Positions 25,301-38,254 of a DNA stretch of 64,000 bases are shown here, in pieces; position 1 is the first letter of the stretch; each line of letters begins with the position of its first letter. The stretch is from Rhynchobatus australiae (lineage: Eukaryota): contig JAUZTB010000077.1 in assembly GCA_034780895.1 (NCBI GenBank), forward strand, positions 7,137,156 to 7,201,155. Reading direction: 5' to 3'. Under the pieces are notes generated by a model. That model was not told the DNA's origin, ran no database searches, and was given only the letters and a program-made list of their open reading frames with translations. A program made the translations under genes and the position numbers.

Positions 25301-28300
25301 CTGTAACCCAAGTTACATTCCGTTAACCCCCCTCTCCCAAACCTGTGCAAAAGGACTAGCCTGAGAACTCGTATTTTGGAGATTTCGTTTACTTCTAAGC
25401 TGTGGAACCCAGTATTGTGGCTGATAATGAGCCCTGTAGATTCTGCTGTGCCACCTGCGTGAACATACTGTCTTTGACAGATCTTTCTGGTTACGACTGA
25501 GCTATTTCAGCAGGGTTTTCAGTGAAGCAAACCCCATCCACTCCCCAGTGACAAGTGCCTTCTAAAAGACAGACAAGGACTCTGCTTCTTAATTGTTGCC
25601 AAAAGCAGTGTAAAAGTAGTAATAAAATCATGTTCTGACTAATTACACAATTAATTGTTTCACTGAGTATCATTTTTTATGTATGTTTAAAAGTGAAACA
25701 GCTAGGTTCTTGGATTTAAATTAAGACTTCTAATATTTCTAAAATATCCACTAACGAAGCAGGGCACTGCTAGACAAAATGGCCAGGCATGGGAAATGGA
25801 TGCTAGTTCAGTGAATCCTTTCTTTGTACTGCTTGGCAGATTCCAAGGAACGCAGGTTCAAAGTGACCAGTTTTTCATAGCCTGTTGCTGAACTCAACCT
25901 ACTTTCTCATAGGGGATTCATTAACTCTGCCATTAATACACATAAAAGATTTCAACATGCCGTGCTTGATTCTGCCATATTCTACCAAACAATCTGACAT
26001 GTAGAATTCCATGAGCAAAAACCATTGGAAATATATAGCAAGTTGTTAATTTCTTAATAAAAGGATGGTTTAATGTTTCAGGGAAAAGATACTAACAAAA
26101 TCATTTAACTATTCATTTAACAAATTACTATGTTTTATTAAGGACTGGTATTTTCTTGTACTTTGATCAGATATTTCATCAATTGTCCTCTATGATATTG
26201 AAAAATAGTGACATTTTTGCTTTAATTTATGTTTGTAATTTTAAGAATTAAATTTGAGATCCTGATGACAGAGTAAGCTATTTCAGAATCTGTCTGGCCT
26301 CCATCCATGCTCAATGCCTGCCCCTCTACCACTCAGTATCAGGCTCACTTAATACAATATTATACTCTTATTTTCGGGAGTATCTATCTTTCTTAATATC
26401 AGTTCCAGTAGCAGAATGCGCCTCTCATATATTATCAGTAGCCCTTTCTTAATGTTGCTGCAGCTTCACTTTCTCTCATGCTGTGCTATTGCCAGGGTTT
26501 GTTCCTTGTTGATGCATTACAATACCAGAGTCAGTCTCATTACCAACTCTTTCATATAGTCACTGAACGTCATTGTAGCTCTCCCCATACCAACGATACC
26601 TCACAGCTACAATGGGGTTCTGAATCCACTCCAGAACCAGAATACATAATCTCTGCAACATTCCAGGGCAACACTGCTTATTGCAAGAAGTTAAGCCTGT
26701 GGAGCAAACTTTAAGCTGAGACCCAATCAAGTAATTCAGATGCATGTCAAATTGCCTCAATATTTCATTTTCCACATTTGCTAGCTGAGAACAATTACTA
26801 TTTTGCAAAGTAATTAAATGCAAACAAAACACTTCATGATGCTTCTGAGAGGTGTGATAATATGCTGTTTAAATACATGTCTTTTATCTTTTCAGTGCTA
26901 TGGATTCTCCTACTCAATGTCAGTCCTTCACACTCTCTCCCCCCACTGCTAGGACTACTCATATACAGAGCATCTCCCACTCAGTATCTTTCACCAGGTC
27001 CCGGTTCTCTCCTACCAAGTGTCACCTTCGGCAAATTTACAGCATTTATTGTCTATCCCTATTTGCTTTTGAGAAGGTGATGGTGAAGCACCTTTTTAAC
27101 CTCTACAATTTGTTTAATTATGGTTTCTCACAATGCTGTGGGATTTGGAGTTTGAGTACTTAGACTCAGCAACAATAAAGAACAGGAGCATATGACCAAG
27201 TCAGAATCATGCCTGAGTTGGAGAGGAATATTCTGGCACTCCAATGTACCTGGGGCCCTTGTTCTTTCTCCCAGGTGGTACAGGTTGTGGGTTTGTGAGG
27301 TGCTGCCAGAGAGTCTGGGCCACACTTTCCTGTTCAGATAAATAGATACACAAGATACAGATTCATACTCATGGCTGGATCATTCACTTACTGTCTTCCT
27401 CACTCAGACAAGAGTTACTCAATGGTAGTGCCTCTCTTACTCAATGTTAGATCTGATATTTCTTGTCCTGTGCTAAGGGTAGGGTTGCTTATTCAGTAGC
27501 AATGTCTGAAACTTTTCACACAGCTCCATTCAGAAACCCCCATTTGAGTGAGGAACGTTTTCTGATTTTATATCACTATACTTTCAATGTCACCAAAATC
27601 TAAGGTCTTTCATGCAGTGCTGAGATTCTCTTTCCTCAGGTCAATGAGTTTGTCCTTATGGCTCTTGGATCTTTTACCTAATGACAGTGGTAATCATTGT
27701 TCCAGTGTCTTTCACTCAGTACAAGTGAAACTTATCCTATGCTAATATCTTACCCGAAATCAATGTCTTTCCACTCATCTTCCATGCTGGTGTCTCGCAC
27801 AGTCTAGCCTCTCTCACCAAGGTTCCAGGATCTCATAGATAATGAAGAACAGCAACATACACCCGAGTCTTTCACAGAGTGCCAATCTCTTGCCTCAGCA
27901 CTAATGCCTCTCTTATCAAATATAGGCCACTCACAGTTATACGCTTCTATAAAGCTAATGCAATACAATTGCTTTGTTTTGCTATCAGATGAGCTACCTA
28001 AGTTTGCTGGTTGCATATCTTTGGACCATGTTGTTTCTTCCAGTGTGGTCGCAGGCTCAGTCTTCTATTGGGAGTTTAAATCTCAGCTGATCGGCCAAAC
28101 CTGGCAGAGCACAGGGACTTACTGTCCATGTGGCCAACTTTGCCCTTAAATAGCTTATACAGCTGGTGATGGTCTGCCCTCAGCCTCATCAGCTGTCAAA
28201 ACTTTCCAGTGGCCAACAGCATCACAGAATGCTGTGAAATTATTTTAACAATGTCAGTTTTATGGTCTATATGCTAGATCAAAGTCGTACATTTGCATTA

Positions 28301-29349
28301 CTTCCTGCCTTGCTTTTGCTTGTCCTTAAAGCACATTTTTAATTTTTGTAGGAGAAACAAAATGTAATGGCACAATTGGTAATCCCAAATAGCCATTTTC
28401 TTATTTAATATTAAGTTTTGATAACCATTTAATACACATTGCCTTGCTTAAATAAATATGTTAACTAAGCTGCAACAATCTTATAAAGTTTGAGGTTGTA
28501 TGAGCTGGGGAAGGTGCCAGGAGTAGTGACGTCAACCTTTATCAGGATGGTAATGTTAAGTTTGCTGTGGGTCTGGCCACTGTCCCTGCTATGACCCCAA
28601 GAAACTGAGCCTCAGCACATGCTGGGGTGAGTGAACTTATCTCAGTGATACGTGTCCCGCAACTGAGGGAAAAATGATCCTGCAGAACAAATGAATGAAG
28701 CAGTGGAAACCAAATGACTGATGGTAAAAGTAAAAGGAACATGAATGCAATTGTGATTAATTTATTCATTTATTAGCCCAGTAAAACACTAGGTAGTTAT
28801 GTGAGCAGAAAAGAAAGTGCCTATGATCAATCTCTAGTTTTCAATGATTTAGTGAGGCTACTTGCACCTCAATAGTTTTCAGAAGCCCACACTACAAGTT
28901 TGCTCATTCAAATGTCGGATTAGGACAAGATTGGGCTTGATTAGGTGAGCGATAAAATGTGATCAAAGACAAGAAAAAAAATACTTTCCCTCGCAACTTG
29001 ATCCATATCAAAAATCTGTGTGTAAACTTGGTAGATGCTGTGATGGAATAAAACACCTGCCTACCTTCCAGCAATCCAGGTGCATTGATTTAAGTCAGCA
29101 TTGCTGGGATTTATGGGGTCGGAGCAGGGGTGCTTGGAACAAAACAGGGGAAGGGAGTTAGTGCTGGAATACTGCTCTCAGTGGAGAGCTTATTGTGCCA
29201 GTACAAGAACTCTGGGTAGGCATGCAGTGAACTGGAAGGTTACCATTCCATTTCAGGTGCATGTCAAAACTTGATCACAGACCTTCTGAACAGAAAAGCG
29301 AGTAAGTGCCTTAAGTTATGCTGTAACTACTGGTATAACTTCAGAAGGT

Positions 29350-31553
29350 CTGGCCTAGTGTGACTTACTCAGTGCTGGTTTCTCATTGATGGATTATTGC
29401 AACTTTTATTGAACTCCAGAAATTCTGACTCTAGTGCTATTATGTTTTGTACCAGTGCCAATATCTCACTTCCAGTGTCAGTGCTCCTCCCACAGGACTA
29501 GGCAATCTATCATCCTATGCCAGGATTTCACTATCAGTGCCAATTTCCTTCTCTGTCTCTCAGCTATGATAACCTTTCACTGTGCCTCAGTGACTCCTAA
29601 TGCTTCTCACCCTTTGGTAAGATTTTTTTAACCAGTGCCAGGATCCCTTAAGATATAAGTATCCCTCATCCAGTCCTCTCTCAATCAATGGCATTCCTTA
29701 TTCAGTCCTAGGTGTTCGCATCAGGTGTAATCATATCAATAACTCAATGCCAATCTCCTTGGATTTTTCCTCATCCAACGTTAGAAACTTGCATTAATGC
29801 AAGTCCATCCCTCAACTGTTTCTCATTCAGTTCCAGTACCTTTGTCGTCAAACGTCATTTCTTTTCTCCTCAGAGACCATGCCTCCCTTCTTCAGCACTG
29901 ATATCTCTCTTTCCATGTCAGGATTTCTTACTAAAGTACCAGTGTATTTTTCACCCTGTGACGGCATCTCCTGCTCAGTAACTGACCTCCTGTGGTGGCC
30001 TCTCCCACCATGCAGCTGTTCCCTATTACGGCGATGTCTCACGCACTAATATTCCTCAAAAACTCCCAGTACTTTTCATCTGTGCCAGTACCACTCACCC
30101 AGTGCCCTGTGTCACTCAACAATATCTCTCATCTAAAGGTGGCATTTCTAACCCAGTGTAATATTTCTCATGAACTATCAGTGTTTCTCACTCAGTCCTT
30201 GCACAGTTTGAGAAACAATGAATGAATGAAGGATTCTGAGATAGAGTGAAAAACACTGCCATTGGGTGAAATACAGGCAGCAAGTGAGAAATACTGGTAG
30301 TGACAGAGATACTGGCATTGGGTGAGAGGCACTGCCAGTGACAGATACACTGGTACTGGATGGTTGAGAAACCCATCAGTAGAGAAGAGATACTGGGACT
30401 GAATGTGAAACATTTTCAGTGGCTGAAAGATACTAACACTAGATGTGAGAAACTTCAGTGGCTGAGAGATACTATATGAGAAATACAACTCTTAGAAAGA
30501 GATTGCCAGAGAGTGAGTACTACCTTTGGTGTTGAGAGACACTGGGAGTGCTGAGAAAAACTGCAAGTGGATGAGAAATAGAGGCACTGATATAATGGTG
30601 AAAATTTAACGTCATGGTAATGGACTTGCTCTGTTGCTGTCCTTGTGAGATCAGTACATTTGTCATCTACAGGTGATTTTTTTTCACCCAGTTTCTCTTA
30701 GTGATTAGTAGTGTCCCTTATGTACTGTCAGATTCTCACCCACTGTTATTGTTTTGCACCCAGTGGCAGGATCTCAGCCTCTGGCAGTGTTTGTCATTCA
30801 ATGGCAGTATCACTCAACATTGTCTTTTAGCCCCTGGCAGTGCTTCTCACCGGTGCATGTCTCAGCTACTGGAAATGTTTCACAATGTGCCAGTATCTCA
30901 ACCTCTCATGGTTTTTCCTCATACATTACTCAGTCAATTGTGGTATTTCTCTCACATTGTCACGATCTCAGTTTCTGCCAGTGTTTCTTACCCAGAGTCA
31001 GCAACTCTCATGAGCTGGAAGTATTTCTCATTCAGCCTTTATCTCAGTGACCAATGATGCTTCTCAGTCAATGGCACAATCTCTACATGTGTTACTGGGT
31101 CTCATTCAGTGCCAACAGCTCGGGCACTGGACATAGTTCTCATTCCCCACTAGCACCTCATGGTTGTTTTTCTCGCTGTTAAAATCTTTGTCACTGCTGG
31201 CATTTCTCATCAGTGGCAGCATGTCAACCATTGTTACCCAGTGCTGTGATCTCTCCTCAATAGATGATACTTCACACCCAGTGTATCTCAGCCAATACCA
31301 GTGTTTATTCACCCAGTGTCAGTACCACCAGCACCATTCCTTACTCAGTGCCAGTTTTTCTCATCCAATGCCAATGCCTCCATCACTGTCAGTGTTTCTT
31401 ACCCAGTACCAGTGCTGCGTTGACAGTGTCAGTACATCCACCAGTGCCAGTGTTTCTCACCCAGTCCCAGTGCTGCCTTGGCAGTGTCAGTACCTCCACC
31501 AGTGCCAGTGTTCCTCGCCCAGCCAGTGTTCCTTACCCAGTGCTTCTCACCCA
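29350..31553. repeat. Degenerate CCAGTG/TCTCACCCAGTG low-complexity satellite with an internal inverted block
   Basis: Recurrent CCAGTG, TCTCAC motifs; opposite-orientation CACTGG/GTGAGA block at ~30220-30600. Confidence 0.75.
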
Positions 31554-31779
31554 NNNNNNNNNNNNNNNNNNNNNNNNNNNNNNNNNNNNNNNNNNNNNNN
31601 NNNNNNNNNNNNNNNNNNNNNNNNNNNNNNNNNNNNNNNNNNNNNNNNNNNNNNNNNNNNNNNNNNNNNNNNNNNNNNNNNNNNNNNNNNNNNNNNNNNN
31701 NNNNNNNNNNNNNNNNNNNNNNNNNNNNNNNNNNNNNNNNNNNNNNNNNNNNNNNNNNNNNNNNNNNNNNNNNNNNNNN

Positions 31780-32165
31780 ATAGGTGCAACACCTGCCCCT
31801 ACACCACCTCCATCACCTCCATCCAGGGACCCAGACAGTCCTTTCAATTGAAACAGAGATTTACCTGCACCTCCCTTAATATCATCTACTACATTCGGTG
31901 GCCTCCTCTACATTGGTGAGACCAAATGCTAACTAGGTGACCATTTCGCAAACACCTGCACTCTGTCCATAACCGCGATCTACATCTCCCCCTCGTCAGT
32001 AACTTCAACTCCCCCTCCCACACTATCACAGATATGTCAGTCCTCAGGCTCCACCACTGCCAGGAGAATTCCTCGTGCAGACTGGAAGAACAGCACCTCA
32101 TTTTCCGTCTTGGAGTCCTGCAGCGTAACTGCATGAACACTGAATTCTCCCACTTTAAGTAACCA
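31780..32165 (+). mobile_element. Penelope-like GIY-YIG endonuclease fragment
   Basis: RCNTCPYTTSITSIQGPRQSFQLKQRFTCTSLNIIYYIR.. then LLYIGETKC and EEQHLIFRLG in shifted frames. Confidence 0.8.
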
Positions 32166-32189
32166 CTACATCCAGCCCCCCTCCCCACA

Positions 32190-32700
32190 CACCCACCCGC
32201 CCGCACACCTCCGCCTGCTCGACATGAAGCACAAAACAAATCAGTCTTGTTTGTAATCCGCACCTCGGGCGGGCGCAGAGTAAAATAAACAAAAGCCCGG
32301 ATAAACAAACGCGGCTCCACTTACTTATCCAAGACAAAGTACAGGTCGAAAGCTCCGTGACAGGACGGGTTGTCATCGGCTTTGTCCTCCGGGCCAGGAG
32401 CCGCGGAGCAGCGGGCGCCGAGGAGCAGCAGCGCGCCCAGCGCCGCTGTGCAGACGCCGCTCGCACACCTCGCCATTCTCGCCACATGAACTGCACAACA
32501 AAAATAACCCCTCTCAGTCGATGCTCAGCCGCCGCCGCCGGAGCCCCCGGCTTTTCTACTGCTTTCCACAAAATTCCAACGAATGATTTTGCTTGTCCGC
32601 AAATTGGCGTTTGCGGAGCAGCACGTCAGCCCGAGATTCCCCTGCGGTCAGACTGACGTTTGCTCAGCCCACTGCAGAGGCGCCAACTGCTCACTGCAGC
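32190..32700. promoter_or_regulatory. CpG island over ANTXR-like exon 1 / promoter
   Basis: Very GC- and CpG-rich sequence (GCCGCCGCCG, GGGCGGGCG GC boxes) around exon 1. Confidence 0.75.
32325..32476 (-). CDS. ANTXRL: Anthrax toxin receptor-like gene, coding exon 1 (signal peptide + start of vWA domain)
   Basis: Hand translation: MARCASGVCTAALGALLLLGARCSAAPGPEDKADDNPSCHGAFDLYFVLD(K); 152 nt; donor AA|gtaagt; CpG-island context. Resembles ANTXR1/2 CxGxFDLYFxLDKSGSV. Family call is firm; the ANTXRL paralogue call rests on synteny with ZNF488/RBP3. Confidence 0.9.
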
Positions 32701-32753
32701 CTGGGTTCAACCCCGTCCCACTCCTGACACTGGCAGCCAGAGCACTCCAGCCC

Positions 32754-33420
32754 GGGATCAGCCCCCGTCCCGCTCCCTGCACTGTAGCCAGTGCACCGTG
32801 GTCTGGGATCAGTCCCGTTCCCTGCACTCCAGCCAGTGCACTGTGGTCTGGGATCAGCCCCCGTCCCGCTCCCTGCACTGTAGCCAGTGCACCGTGGTCT
32901 GGGATCATCCCCCGTCCCGTTCCCTGCACTCCAGCCAGTGCACTGTGGACTGGGATCAGCCCCCGTCCCGCTCCCTGCACTGTAGCCAGTGCACCGTGGT
33001 CTAGGGTCAGTCCCGTTCCCTGCACTCCAGCCCGTGCACTGTGGTNNNNNNNNNNNNNNNNNNNNNNNNNNNNNNNNNNNNNNNNNNNNNNNNNNNNNNN
33101 NNNNNNNNNNNNNNNNNNNNNNNNNNNNNNNNNNNNNNNNNNNNNCCCGTCCCCTGCACTGTAGCCAGTGCACCGTGGTCCGGGATCATCCCCCGTCCCG
33201 TTCCCTGCACTCCAGCCAGTGCACTATGGTCTGGGATCAGCCCCCGTCCCGTTCCCTGCACTCCAACCAGTGCACTATGGTCTGGGATCAGCCCCCGTCC
33301 CGTTCCCTGCACTCCAGCCAGTGCACTATGGTCTGGGATCAGTCCCTGTTCCGTTCCCTGCACTCCAGCCAGTGTACTGAGGTCTGGGATCAATCCCCGC
33401 CCCTCTCCCTGCACTGGTAA
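32754..33420. repeat. 51-bp (45-bp variant) minisatellite
   Basis: Unit GGGATCAGCCCCCGTCCCG[C/T]TCCCTGCACT[GT/CC]AGCCAGTGCAC..TGGTCT; unit starts at 32754, 32805, 32850, 32901, 32952, 33003, [gap], 33182, 33233, 33284, 33335, 33386; degenerate copies to ~33830. Confidence 0.95.
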
Positions 33421-36400
33421 ACAGTGTTATGCAGCCTGAGATCAGCCCATTCCTTTTCCTGCACTGGCAAATAATGCATTCCAGCATGGGATCAACCCCT
33501 GTCCCCTTCCTGCACTGACAACTATTCCCCTTCCTGTCCCCTTCCTGCACTGACAACTACTTCCTGCACTGTAGCCTGCGATCAGCGCCTGTTAAATTCC
33601 CAGCACTGGCAACCAGTGTAGTGCAGCCTGGAATCCACCCCCGACCTCCTCCCTGCACTGGCAACAAGTGAATTGCATCCTGGGGTCATCCTCTTCCGCT
33701 CACTACAACTAAAGTATTGTTCCCTGTGCTGACAACCAAGTGAACTGCTCATTGCAATTTGGGACGAGCCTGCGCCCACTCCTTGCTCTGGCAACCAACG
33801 CACAGGCAATGGTATCCTGGTTGGCATTGCAAGGAACTGGACTGAAACTAGAATCATTCTCAGTAACAATTTTCAAAGAAATATTTGGGGCTGGAAAATG
33901 TCGAAGGGCTGTGAGGAAGTACAGAGGAATCGGGCTGAAAGCGCGATCACAATGGGCCGAATTACCTTCTTTGGTGCTGCGTGTTTTCGTACATTCAATC
34001 CATAAAGTGCCATCAATTATCCTACCTGCGTACACCCTAACTTAGTCTCACATCACAGTAAACTTTGTAACCATTCTGTCCAATTTTAGCATGCGTGCAC
34101 TTCCCCAAACCTTCACCATCTTACATCAATCATTATAACAGCATTCCTGAGAATGATTGCATATAATTACTTGACAAACGCAAATATTTTAAATTATCAT
34201 TTTTTATTTCACAAAATTATCATCTTTAATGTCCGCGTTCGTTAATTGAGTAGGACGCGGTGTCTTTTATTGAACATGTAATGCTGGGGTTGCAGAGTTG
34301 TTGCTGCGACAATCCACGATTAATCATGAGGCTGGTGTTCTGACCTTAAGTTTCCAAAAATACCATGCAGTATAAGCTCGTTAGTACGAGGGCGCTTGAG
34401 AGATAAAGCGCAAACGATACGAACTGTTATCGTGAAACAATATTATTATGTTCAATTACGTCCAATAAAAGTAGTTATCTTTTCATCAGTCTGAACAATA
34501 TAAGCACGATGTTTCTGCATTTTAATGTACAGAAATATTTCCCCTGCTGTGACTTCTAAAACCGAATCATAATTTATATTTGACCTCAAGAACCGAGTGG
34601 ATTTGTCTTTCAAAATGTTATCAGATCAATCCCTTGCGATATGTCCTGCAAACTGATTTATCTCAATAGTTTATAGCCTCAGAATCATCATTGAAATGTT
34701 ACTTTTGAAACAGTTGTTATTGTTAGCAGCAAATTTGAAACGCCGCAGCTTTGCATTAATTAGGGTCAAAGAGTACATACAGTTCACTATATCCATTCAG
34801 TCTATTGCCTCGATTTCCAGCTTAAGCATTTAAACAAAAATGTGGTAACCTAAGTCACATTTTCGTTTTTTTCAATCACAAGCAAATGTGTAAATTACTT
34901 GGCATTGTTGATGCTTGAAAAGTTTGACCGTTTGATCGCGAATTGTCTTGTCTTAATTTAGGATGTGCCGATCAGAATTTATATTGGAATACAAATAAGC
35001 AAAGTTACTATTGTTATCCCTGTAATTGTCAGAATGGAGACTGAGAATATTTTAGTTTAAAATGGAACATACGTGTTTTGTAATCATTCTAAAAATATGA
35101 TAAAATACGACAGATGCAAATAGTTCATGATGTTAACAAACAAAACCGTAGCAGAGATTTTGTGGAAGGACAAGACAATTATGAAATGTGTACATAACAT
35201 CACATTGGCAGACATGAGATTGAAAATCAAATCGTAAACTGAGAGACGGAGATTAGATTTGTAGTAGTTTGCTCAGAAGCCCATTTTTTTTCATTTCATT
35301 CACAATTCCCATCATATAATCAGTGCATTGACATTCTGTTCTATAGAAGATTTGATTTACTTTGTTATTGCCAAACTGTTAATGTTAGCGGTATTAATGC
35401 AGTGACCATTTCTCCACGATGTCGTCTTAAATGCAAAAGCAGCTCTTAAAATGGGATCTTTGGTCAAATAAGCAGGCGTTCTTGCAGCGATGGAGTGTAT
35501 CTTCATTCACCGCGGCACAACTACCCCATAAACATTAATCAAAAGGGCTGGTTATTTCAGATGTCAAGATGTTCATAGGAATTTTCTGTCAGGCGTTGAC
35601 ACGCCTTTATTTGGAACGACATCTTTCAAAAGTGATGTTGCTCTTTGAACTGTAGGCATATTTGATTGTGACAAGATATTTGGCCATTATAGAAGCATTT
35701 TTACATAAGCAATTCGCAGATGACTTTTATATGGAACGAGTTAGACAACCGACCAGGAGCTGTCACGGAGTAGCTATTTCGCGTACTTACGAATTAAATG
35801 CAATTAGTTTAGTTTATTATGCAACATTAAATAACTAATTCTAGGAAAGAAAGAACTAAGTATTCAGTTTATCATAATGGTCAAGTGCATTAAATATACT
35901 TTTTTAGAAATATAGAATGNNNNNNNNNNNNNNNNNNNNNNNNNNNNNNNNNNNNNNNNNNNNNNNNNNNNNNNNNNNNNNNNNNNNNNNNNNNNNNNNN
36001 NNNNNNNNNNNNNNNNNNNGTAATATTTTAACGAACGTTAGAAGTTGCCTACAGTGATTCGTTTAACAGATGATATAAATCACACCGTGGCAATTTGTTT
36101 CCAGGTGAGTTGGAAAATATTCCATAGCATTTTGTAAATCATTCCGAAAGATGAAGTTGAGAATTAATGACGCGCCTTATTGCATGAAATGTTGACAGGA
36201 AAAAGTGTTGCTTTAATTGATACGGCTGATTCCTGGGGGATTGTGTATTTTTAATAAAAAATTCATAAAACTATACACATAAAAATGGTTACAAATATAA
36301 CCCCGTTTAGGGAACTTGCATTCGCGAACTTCCATTCCTGCGAGAATTGGAGTAATTATTTGAACAATAAACAAATGCATTTAAAATAAATGTAATGTTT

Positions 36401-38185
36401 TCTCTCAAACAAGTGGCATACTTCCGATATAATTAGCGCGCTGTACGAAGTTGTATCTTGTTCAACGAATGTGTTTTTTTGTTAAATTTTCCTGAATCGA
36501 AAAGACTTCTGAATGTCAAGTAGCCCCGCCATTTTACGATGAGCATTAAGTGAATTAGTTGAGTGTTTTTATCTGATAGTATCAATCATAAATAATGCAG
36601 CAACCCCTGGTGTAGAAGACAGTGCCTGTGAATCAACCGCCAACATCACTTGTCACGGTCTTGTTAAATATGCACAACAGACTCCAAAACTGTTCACCCC
36701 TTCATAAAATGCATTTATAAAATCGAATTCACATCTACTAACAACGGTGATGCAAATAAGTTACACAGACGTTTCCCTTCAACATAATGATATGATTATC
36801 TTGCTGACTTTCGTATTCAGTGAGTTTTTAAAGATCTATGACGCCTCTCTTTCATTGGTTAGTATATTTAAGATTAGCTAAGTTGTTGAGTAGAAAATAA
36901 AGAAATAATAGTAATGTCCTGAAAGCATAAATATTCCGATAAACCAAGAAATTCGGAATTTGTGAACCTATATAGGAACAAGATTATTTCAGGCTTATTT
37001 TGCATTTTATACAGAAGAACGTATATGCCGCGTTCCTTACCTCAAATGAGTCAAATAATGTGGCTATTATTCCTGACTAGTAATCGCTACCATCGTTTAG
37101 AGCATCATAACATTCAGTCTAAGATAAGGAGTTGACATAAATATGTAATGTTTAGCATCTGACCTTAGATCAGGTGCTTTAAGCGATCCAAATAGATATT
37201 GTCATATTTAGTCATTATAAACAGTATGCAAGCAGATTCCATGTATCACCGAAAATGTTGAGTATAAAGCTATTAAATATTTGCTTTAATACACTACAAT
37301 CGTTGGTTTCCATGCTTTCATTAGTAGGGTTGCTCCATATAACCACCAATGAAAGTGCCAATTGAGGGTGCATGCAAGCGGAAGAGCCCAGGGATTGCTT
37401 GGCACGCTTCACTGAACAAATGATCTTGCAAAGGAAAGTGTCTTTTACAGCGGGACAAACTGTCATTTCCACGCAGCGCTCGCCGGCGTCACTCTCACTT
37501 TCAGGAATCAATAGAAATCGCAGCGCCCAAAGAAGGTTCTACCTGAAGGGGAAATTGAAGAAATCGATTCCAAAGAACCATCGACTGGCATTGGTAACTG
37601 AAAGCTGGGCTTGTGTCTGTCTGTAGATGACTGCTGTCTATGGGTATTTTATACCAGCCTATGTTTCAGACTTGTTGTGATAAACCTCCTTTCGGTTCTG
37701 ATCAACAGTCACGTTTTAAATACTTAGACTGGAATCTGCGAGCAATCTGAATAATTTTAACGGCCGCAAATCAAGAAGATGCTTCTATCAGCAACCTCTT
37801 AGACGTTAGCTTGTTCGTTTAACCAAATACATTTAATAAATCAGCTACCGTTATGATAATGTACAGTTTGATATGGTTAAATTGCGATTATTCAGTCAGG
37901 ATTCAGAACTGTATAGAGCTCGAATATAAATTCATAATACGTTACTGTTACGGCTATATTTTTAAATATATATTTTAAATTACTTAAAACAATCCGAGCG
38001 GTAACTAATGAACGTCGTTGATTACGCACAAAGTGGCGATTTTAAACATGATCATTACTGATGATGGTGGAACAGAAAGGCCGGAACTAACCGGCAGACA
38101 GATGGACAGACAATGGGGATCAGTCTCAGTGAGCTGATATGCATCAAATGAACAATCCCATGACTTTCCTCTCAAACACAATGGA

Positions 38186-38187
<2 letters not shown>

Positions 38188-38247
<60 letters not shown>
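38188..38247. repeat. (GA)30 microsatellite followed by a G-rich tract
   Basis: Read directly from the sequence. Confidence 0.97.

Positions 38248-38254
<7 letters not shown>

Noticed and set aside
30701-31919. Cys/Gln/His-rich ORFs up to 251 aa
   Set aside because: Translation of the CCAGTG satellite, extended through N runs into a Penelope fragment
32155-32656. ORF-track proteins over the CpG island (138 aa minus, 99 aa plus)
   Set aside because: Wrong frame or strand; the real exon is 32476-32325 in another frame
32583-33556. Many overlapping ORFs with 17-aa repeats; CRISPR-like look
   Set aside because: The unit length is a multiple of 3 and lacks stops, so ORFs arise trivially. There are no unique spacers and no cas genes, and the DNA is eukaryotic.
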